A stretch of 64,000 nucleotides of DNA, from positions 859-64,858 of the forward strand of contig JAFTRA010000003.1 in assembly GCA_017462485.1 (NCBI GenBank). Direction: 5' to 3'. This stretch comes from Clostridia bacterium (lineage in GTDB: Bacteria; Bacillota; Clostridia; Oscillospirales; CAG-272). This document shows, piece after piece, positions 58,307-64,000 of the stretch. How positions within the stretch are numbered: the first letter of the stretch is position 1; the number at the start of each line of letters is the position of its first letter. The notes under the pieces are model-generated. The model had not been told where the DNA came from. It made no database searches and saw only the letters and a program-made list of their open reading frames with translations. The translations under genes and the position numbers were made by a program.

Positions 58307-61252
58307 TTAATCTGCCTGATCTCCGTACAATGCCTTAAGCTCTATGGCAATCTTGGGAACCTGAAGATCGACGTTGTGCTGTTTTTGAATAACCATATCC
58401 TCAAATCCCTCGCGCTTAACGATAACATTGGTATCAATACTGTTTATCATGCTAAAGTTGTTTCCCTCGCCCGAGCTTGCATATATATCCGAATACAGCG
58501 CCGTATCGTAGATAAGCGTTATCGTTTCGGTTATTCTGTACGGATATTTTACAGTACTTGCCGAAATATTATTCGGATCGTAGTTCTTAATAAAGATGGT
58601 GTTTATAAGCTCATTGTAAACATACGTATTCTGCAGCGCTCCGCTTCTGAAGTTCTCAATCTTGAAGTTATAGGGTATGCCGCACTCATATCCGAAATTC
58701 CAAAGCCATGCTGCTCCGGGCTGGTCCTCCTCGGTGCTTGGCTTGCTGGCAATCCAACCACCGTTGCTGGTCGAGAAGCCGGCGTCATAAATTTCCACTC
58801 TGGAATTAAGGTTTTCGGGATCAAATTCGGTACCGCCGCTGGGTCTGTTCGTCTTATAGTCCACAACTGCCGCCGCATAGCAATTCTTCAGATATACGTC
58901 TCCGCGGAAGGGCGCGCCGTAGTCTCCTCTTGAATAAATGAAGCTTGCTCCCGTAATCATCGTAACGTTTTCAGCGTAAAGATATCCGCCTCCAACGACG
59001 TTAAACGAGTGACCGATAATGGTATCTATAAGAGTTGCATTCCAGAAGCCTCTGTGCGCGTCGAAACGGTTGATCTCGCAGTTATAGAAGTTCATATTCT
59101 TCGAGCCGTTACTGGACATAATACCCCAGTGCTTCTGATCGCCAAGACCGTAGTCCTCGTATCTCGTGCCGGTTACGTCCTTGAACGTTTCGGTGTTTAT
59201 ACGGGTTACCTCAAGCGAGTCTGCGCCTTGACGCTGAACTACGTCCTTCAAGGTAACGTTAGAGCTATACTCTATAATAAGGTCGTAAGAACCCATAGCT
59301 ACGGGGTTGGGAACCTCGCCTCCGGTAGAAGCTGTTGCGGCCTTATCCTCGTAGTAGGTGGTATGACCGGTAAGAATCGAATCCTTTGCGAGAACGTTAT
59401 GCGAATCGTAAATATAGAAGAATCCGTAGTAGGGATAGCTTTCTCTTCTCGAGCCATAACCGGGATGGAGAGTAGAGTTAAGCGTAGAATTCTGATCGTA
59501 AGCGGGATCCATCGAATCACCAAGCGTGGGCTCTTCAATCATTCTATGCACGATATTGGATATAGTAACCTCACTGCGCTTGATTACGAATCCGCGCTTA
59601 TACTGCTGATATCTACCCATATAATTCGTAGCCGCGGTGGTTACGCAGCACTTATTTTCGAACGTGCCGTTGGTTACCGTGATGGGTTTATCGTCAACTC
59701 TGCATATCTGTATTTTAGTAATCTTATCGAAGTCGTATGCTACGGGAGTATCCTCGGCAACCGTTCCGTCTACGTCGACTATGAAGATATCCTGTCTGTC
59801 TTGACCCTTATCCTCGTTAGCTCCCCAACGCTTAAAGTCCTTATGCTCGTCATTATAAATTCTTACAAGGCTCTTTGCCTCAAGATATGGCGCAAGCCAC
59901 TCAAACTTAGTCGTACCAAATGGAATGGTTACGTCCTTAAATCTATCGTCCTCATCAGCGTTATCTATTATAACGTCGTCGTAATCTCTCTTAATGTGGA
60001 AAATTCCGATATTTCTTATCGTTTCACCGAGAGAGTTCTTTGCGGTGTGGATACCCTTATCGTCAATCGTAAAGGTAGCGCCGTTAAAGTCGGTATCGGT
60101 CTGAACGGGGATAACGTAGGTCAAGCCCTCGGCGCTTATTATGTAGTTCGCGCCTGCCTCACCCATGACCTTCTGACCGCCCTTGTTTGCGTGAGAGTGA
60201 GCGTTGTAGATAGCCTTATAGTCGCACTTATCGTCACTTCCGTTTGCTCCGAAGTCCTCGTACTTAACTATACTTACGAAGTCCTCGTACGTAAAGCTTT
60301 TAGCAATCGAGACGTTTCCTTTTTTGGTAAGAATAGCGCTGTTCATAAATTTCTGAAATGCAGTGTTAAAGGAATTTGCGTAAGCGCACTCAATAACAAG
60401 GTCGCCGTCCTCAACATATACGTAGAATCCGGGATCCTCTTCGTAAGCGAGATAATTGCCGTTAGCATCGGTCTTTCTCTCACACTTACGGATTACTATA
60501 CAATGCTCATATGAATCCTTGTCCTTGATATTACCTGTATTAAGCCAATATCCCGATCTCTCGTAAAGGTTGTTTCTGAAATTAACTATGTTCGAATAGG
60601 TGAATGCGGTATCAAGGTCGGTAACAATAGTAAAATCCTTAATATCAACCGAGTCAATCTTGACGGATTCAACCATATAGCTTGTAAGCTGCTCCTTGAA
60701 AATCTCTTCAGGCTGAACTGCAAGCTGCTCCAAGGACTTCGTCTTATCGGTGATACCGAGAGTGTACTTGGTGAACCACTCGAACTTTTCCTTAGTCAAT
60801 TTCGGAGTACCGCCGGCAACAACAAGTCTTTCTCCCGCAACCTTGTAGGTATAACCCTTTTCGCCAAGGTACTTATCGAAAACGTATGCGTCGTCTCCTC
60901 TATGCTGCGCATTAGCGCCTATAATCAATTCTCTGTCAGTAACCAAGGAAGGATCTTCGTCACTTATAGCGTCATTGACCTCTATACCGAGCTTTCGCAA
61001 GGTCTTAACGAAGCTTTCAGCCGCCTTCTTTCCTTCTCCCTCTGAAGCAGCCGTGTAAACGACGTTGAACGTAGCCTTACCCTCGTAAATGAGAACGTAG
61101 CCCTCGAGATCTCCGTAAGGATTTTCATCCTCCCCATTGTTAAGGAAAGGAATATCAATAGGCAAATTCTCTAAAAACGAGCACGAAGCGAGAGTGAACG
61201 CAAGGCAAACCATCATCGCAACGAGTAAAGCTCTGATTAGATTTTTCTTCAT
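58307..61252 (-). CDS. Large lipoprotein with a beta-helix (pectate-lyase-3-like) carbohydrate-active region
   Basis: Lipobox LASC; YEDFGANG..D.KAI..AH beta-helix cap; NRFDAHRG. GGAGG RBS before the ATG at 61252. Confidence 0.78.
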   Translation of the reverse strand: MKKNLIRALLVAMMVCLAFTLASCSFLENLPIDIPFLNNGEDENPYGDLEGYVLIYEGKATFNVVYTAASEGEGKKAAESFVKTLRKLGIEVNDAISDEDPSLVTDRELIIGANAQHRGDDAYVFDKYLGEKGYTYKVAGERLVVAGGTPKLTKEKFEWFTKYTLGITDKTKSLEQLAVQPEEIFKEQLTSYMVESVKIDSVDIKDFTIVTDLDTAFTYSNIVNFRNNLYERSGYWLNTGNIKDKDSYEHCIVIRKCERKTDANGNYLAYEEDPGFYVYVEDGDLVIECAYANSFNTAFQKFMNSAILTKKGNVSIAKSFTYEDFVSIVKYEDFGANGSDDKCDYKAIYNAHSHANKGGQKVMGEAGANYIISAEGLTYVIPVQTDTDFNGATFTIDDKGIHTAKNSLGETIRNIGIFHIKRDYDDVIIDNADEDDRFKDVTIPFGTTKFEWLAPYLEAKSLVRIYNDEHKDFKRWGANEDKGQDRQDIFIVDVDGTVAEDTPVAYDFDKITKIQICRVDDKPITVTNGTFENKCCVTTAATNYMGRYQQYKRGFVIKRSEVTISNIVHRMIEEPTLGDSMDPAYDQNSTLNSTLHPGYGSRRESYPYYGFFYIYDSHNVLAKDSILTGHTTYYEDKAATASTGGEVPNPVAMGSYDLIIEYSSNVTLKDVVQRQGADSLEVTRINTETFKDVTGTRYEDYGLGDQKHWGIMSSNGSKNMNFYNCEINRFDAHRGFWNATLIDTIIGHSFNVVGGGYLYAENVTMITGASFIYSRGDYGAPFRGDVYLKNCYAAAVVDYKTNRPSGGTEFDPENLNSRVEIYDAGFSTSNGGWIASKPSTEEDQPGAAWLWNFGYECGIPYNFKIENFRSGALQNTYVYNELINTIFIKNYDPNNISASTVKYPYRITETITLIYDTALYSDIYASSGEGNNFSMINSIDTNVIVKREGFEDMVIQKQHNVDLQVPKIAIELKALYGDQAD

Positions 61253-61489
61253 ATTTTCCTCCATTTTTTTGAGCGTGGCTCATATTTATACGCATACATT
61301 ATACCAAACCCAAAAATGCCAGTCAAGTAAGTATTTGTAAATTTGGTAATACTTACAAAATATTTTATATATTATTGTGGTAATTCACCAAATGTGATTT
61401 TTCTAATAAAGAACAAGAGCCCCTCGGCATAGTTATCGCCATAAGAGCTCTTGCTTGATTTATTAAAATAGGTGCTGACCGCCTTAATT

Positions 61490-62353
61490 TCAGCAGAACG
61501 ATTGCTTCTTACCGATACGCGAAGCTATGGAAAGCGCAATAACAGTAAGGACGCAAAGCGCAGTGACAACAGCAAGCAAAATCCAATTAACCTCCGAAAG
61601 ATACGCAAAGGTAAATTCTCCGCTTTCCGCATCCTGAAGATGAGGAGCTATAAGAAGCGTATCAAAAGCAACACCGAAGATAGCAACAGCACCGGCAATA
61701 TGCGGCAAAAGCTCGCACGCCCCACGGCTTTCCTTGCTTTCGTCTCTCACAGGAAGAAATCTTGTGGGTGTGTTTTTGGAGAAATCTATAACAGAGCCAA
61801 TCCAAGCTCCGACAAGCACGCTCACTATCGTTTCGGGAAGCATATAGGTAGCATTATATCCGATAGAATATACGAGAGCCGCCTCGGTAGGAATAGAGAG
61901 TCCCGCCCATACGGTAGCGCCCGCAACCGTGTGACATAAATACCTCAAAATGCACACGAAGGCCATACCCGTGGCAATTTCAGCGCCCTGATTCTTAGAA
62001 GCTGAAAGCTTTAATTTCGTAAGCTTGTTTCTGAATATTCCGCCAAGGCCTACCACCGTAAACGCAACGATATAGTCAAGCATAATAACCGCAATTACCG
62101 ATTGCCAACCCGTAACGTAAGAAAGATTGTTAAGTCCGAGGAGCTGCTGTATTACAGCATAAACCAAGCCTGCCGAAAGTCCCGTACCGACTCCGTGCCT
62201 ATATCCGACTATCACGAGTGGCAGCATTGATGCGAGCGTAACCGAGCCACCGTACGGCATTTCGATAAGCTTGAGCAAGCTTAATACTGTTGCGAAAGCC
62301 ACCATAAGCGAGCTTTCTACGATTTTTTTCGTGAGATTTCTTGTTTTTTCCAT
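61490..62353 (-). CDS. thiT: Energy-coupled thiamine transporter S-component
   Basis: MPYGGSVT..SMLP, LDY, YS..YNATYMLPE; TPP riboswitch upstream. Confidence 0.92.
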   Translation of the reverse strand: MEKTRNLTKKIVESSLMVAFATVLSLLKLIEMPYGGSVTLASMLPLVIVGYRHGVGTGLSAGLVYAVIQQLLGLNNLSYVTGWQSVIAVIMLDYIVAFTVVGLGGIFRNKLTKLKLSASKNQGAEIATGMAFVCILRYLCHTVAGATVWAGLSIPTEAALVYSIGYNATYMLPETIVSVLVGAWIGSVIDFSKNTPTRFLPVRDESKESRGACELLPHIAGAVAIFGVAFDTLLIAPHLQDAESGEFTFAYLSEVNWILLAVVTALCVLTVIALSIASRIGKKQSFC

Positions 62354-62406
62354 TTTTATACCATCCTTTCAGCTAAAGCGCCCGTCTCACAAAAAGCGCT
62401 ATTGAA

Positions 62407-62441
62407 TAAAAATTGCCGCACAGACTACATCCGTGCGGCAA
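62407..62441 (-). terminator. Leader terminator (riboswitch expression platform)
   Basis: TTGCCGCACGG...CTGTGCGGCAA followed by TTTTT on the minus strand. Confidence 0.75.
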
Positions 62442-62529
62442 AATTAAGCTGAAAATGAAATTTCAAATCCATTATCCGTATCAATAAAAAACTAAACACA
62501 CCGAAAGCGTACCGTTTTCAATTGACGCT

Positions 62530-62615
62530 TGCTATCTTCCTACGACGGCATTATCCGTATCAGGTTAAAGGGTTCGCGCATCAGCGCATCTCAGCAAAAA
62601 GCACCCCTGATATAT
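62530..62615 (-). ncRNA. TPP riboswitch
   Basis: GGGGTGC...GCTGAGA...ACCC...ACCTGAT..GGATAATGCC.GCGTAGG-type consensus. Promoter TTGACA-17-TAAAAT at 62631-62659. Confidence 0.95.
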
Positions 62616-62738
62616 TCTGTTGGCTACGCTATTTTAGCATACTTTTCCTGCTTTGTCAATAGCGATTTAGAAAAATAAGCCGATACCCCCGTTTACAAAA
62701 ACAAGTCAATACCACGTAGTCTCTTTCGAAGAGCTTCA

Positions 62739-63449
62739 TCAAAACTCCTCGAAAATCAAAAGCGCACCGTTTTCCACGGAAATCTCGCAATCCCCGGAAT
62801 CCGTGTAAGAATTTGAGACACCAAGCGAAGACGATGGAGAGAGCATAACTTTCTCTGCCTCATATTTAAGCCCGCGTATAGAAACCCCCTCGGCAACGCC
62901 GCCAAAGGCAAAGACCGAAACAGTTTTCCCTCTCTCGCCAAAGAGCTTAATTTTCTCGTTTTTTATGGCAAAAACCCTGCCGTTATTATTATATAAAAAA
63001 GCTTGTTTTCCGTCTTGCTTTGCTTCTAAAAGTAAACAATAGTTAGCATAAGTATGGTCTTCTCTTCCACCTACACCACCAAAAACATGAAATTCATCGC
63101 ACCCCCTCGAAGCTCCGAGACGGTAAGCTATAAGCATATCAGTCTCATCCTTCATCACCGAGTATTTCAAAATTTCAACGTCTCTAAGAAGCACCGATAA
63201 TTCATCGGTTTCACCTCTTATATCCGTCATTGTTTCACTACTGTGAGCTGTAGCGGATTTGTAAGTCTCCCCCGCCTGCCTTACGAGTGACTCTGAAAGC
63301 GAGTCAAAATCTCCGAGCAAAACGTCGGGCTTTATCCCGAATTTCAAAAGATAAGCAAATCCGCCGTCTGCCGCAATAACGAAGTCGTCTTTTAATATTT
63401 TAGGCTTCGAGAAAAGCTCTCCCGCCCCAAAAATGCAGCACCGTTTCAT
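62739..63449 (-). CDS. thiN: Thiamine diphosphokinase
   Basis: IAADGG, GDFDS, KDETD, GGREDH, GLKY, GVSN. Confidence 0.93.
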   Translation of the reverse strand: MKRCCIFGAGELFSKPKILKDDFVIAADGGFAYLLKFGIKPDVLLGDFDSLSESLVRQAGETYKSATAHSSETMTDIRGETDELSVLLRDVEILKYSVMKDETDMLIAYRLGASRGCDEFHVFGGVGGREDHTYANYCLLLEAKQDGKQAFLYNNNGRVFAIKNEKIKLFGERGKTVSVFAFGGVAEGVSIRGLKYEAEKVMLSPSSSLGVSNSYTDSGDCEISVENGALLIFEEF

Positions 63450-64000
63450 AATTTTTCCGACAAGTCGAGCATTTCGTCAACCGCGCGCATTACACCAAGC
63501 TTACCGTATTCGTAGGTAAGTCCGCCCTGCATATAAGCGGTATAAGGCTCGCAAAGAGGACCGTCGCAGCTAAGCTCGTTAGTAGCTCCCGTAATAAAGG
63601 TTCCAGCTGCCATAATTTCGGGGTGTGGATACCCCGGCATCTCTCCGGGCTCGGGAATGCAATAGGCTTCAACGGGAGAGCCCATCTGAATACCCTTGCA
63701 GAATTTTATAAGCTTTTCAGGCGAATAGAGATTCATAGTCTGCACGATATCTGTGCGCTTCTCGTCATATTTTGGGTCAACGTCAGCAAAGCCGACAAGC
63801 TCAAGAAGTCTTGCGGCAAACGCCATGGATTTAAGCGTTGAAGCAACGCAGGAGGGCGCCATAAAGAATCCTTTATAGAATGATGCAAGCTGATTGAAGT
63901 TTGCTCCGAGGTCCTTTCCTACGCATGGAGCGGTAAGTCTTTCGGCAATATCTTCTATGACGTCACGGCGTCCGACGCAATATCCTCCGCTCACCGCAAA
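63446..64000 (-). CDS. Methionine-gamma-lyase-family (YnbB/aluminium-resistance-like) PLP protein, 5'-truncated
   Basis: GGYCVG, RLTAP, RTDIVQ, MPGY...IMAAGTF..G...ELSCDGP, QGGLTYE. Confidence 0.88.
   Translation of the reverse strand, partial: FAVSGGYCVGRRDVIEDIAERLTAPCVGKDLGANFNQLASFYKGFFMAPSCVASTLKSMAFAARLLELVGFADVDPKYDEKRTDIVQTMNLYSPEKLIKFCKGIQMGSPVEAYCIPEPGEMPGYPHPEIMAAGTFITGATNELSCDGPLCEPYTAYMQGGLTYEYGKLGVMRAVDEMLDLSEKL

Noticed and set aside
59009-60514. Long antisense ORFs (501 aa here; also 4490..5317, 5366..6136, 16383..17138, 27727..28521, 50586..51299)
   Set aside because: They are shadows on the opposite strand of well-supported genes, with no recognisable motifs.

Overview
A low-GC Firmicutes (Clostridia-type, probably gut/rumen) chromosomal segment with about 45 CDSs, four tRNAs (Val-TAC, Gln-CTG, Asp-GTC, Gly-GCC) and a TPP riboswitch upstream of thiT. 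Most of it consists of regulator-plus-carbohydrate or amino-acid modules: four AraC, LacI, TetR, Lrp, two XRE, AbrB, GH13, GH4, dgoD, GSIII, ABC, MFS and MATE. The most notable feature is missing from the ORF track. Two giant secreted modular proteins (2300 and 2736 aa) have different N-terminal enzyme heads, a shared ~300-aa repeat stalk and a conserved ~270-aa C-terminal domain. Each is followed 13 nt after its stop codon by a homologous 44-aa peptide gene with a RiPP-like YxxP...D(I/V)ITTS leader. A third, stand-alone member of this peptide family lies at 57880-58017. Other points: five copies of a 148-bp multi-hairpin repeat in two tandem arrays, tRNA-3'-end-linked repeats, an IS-end/MITE-like repeat, REP-like hairpin clusters, a TetR-controlled reductase operon with an unusual flavin reductase/PCP_red-like fusion, and a four-fragment gene scar at 39.4-40.6 kb. 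All family assignments come from recognising motifs by eye. No database searches were run.
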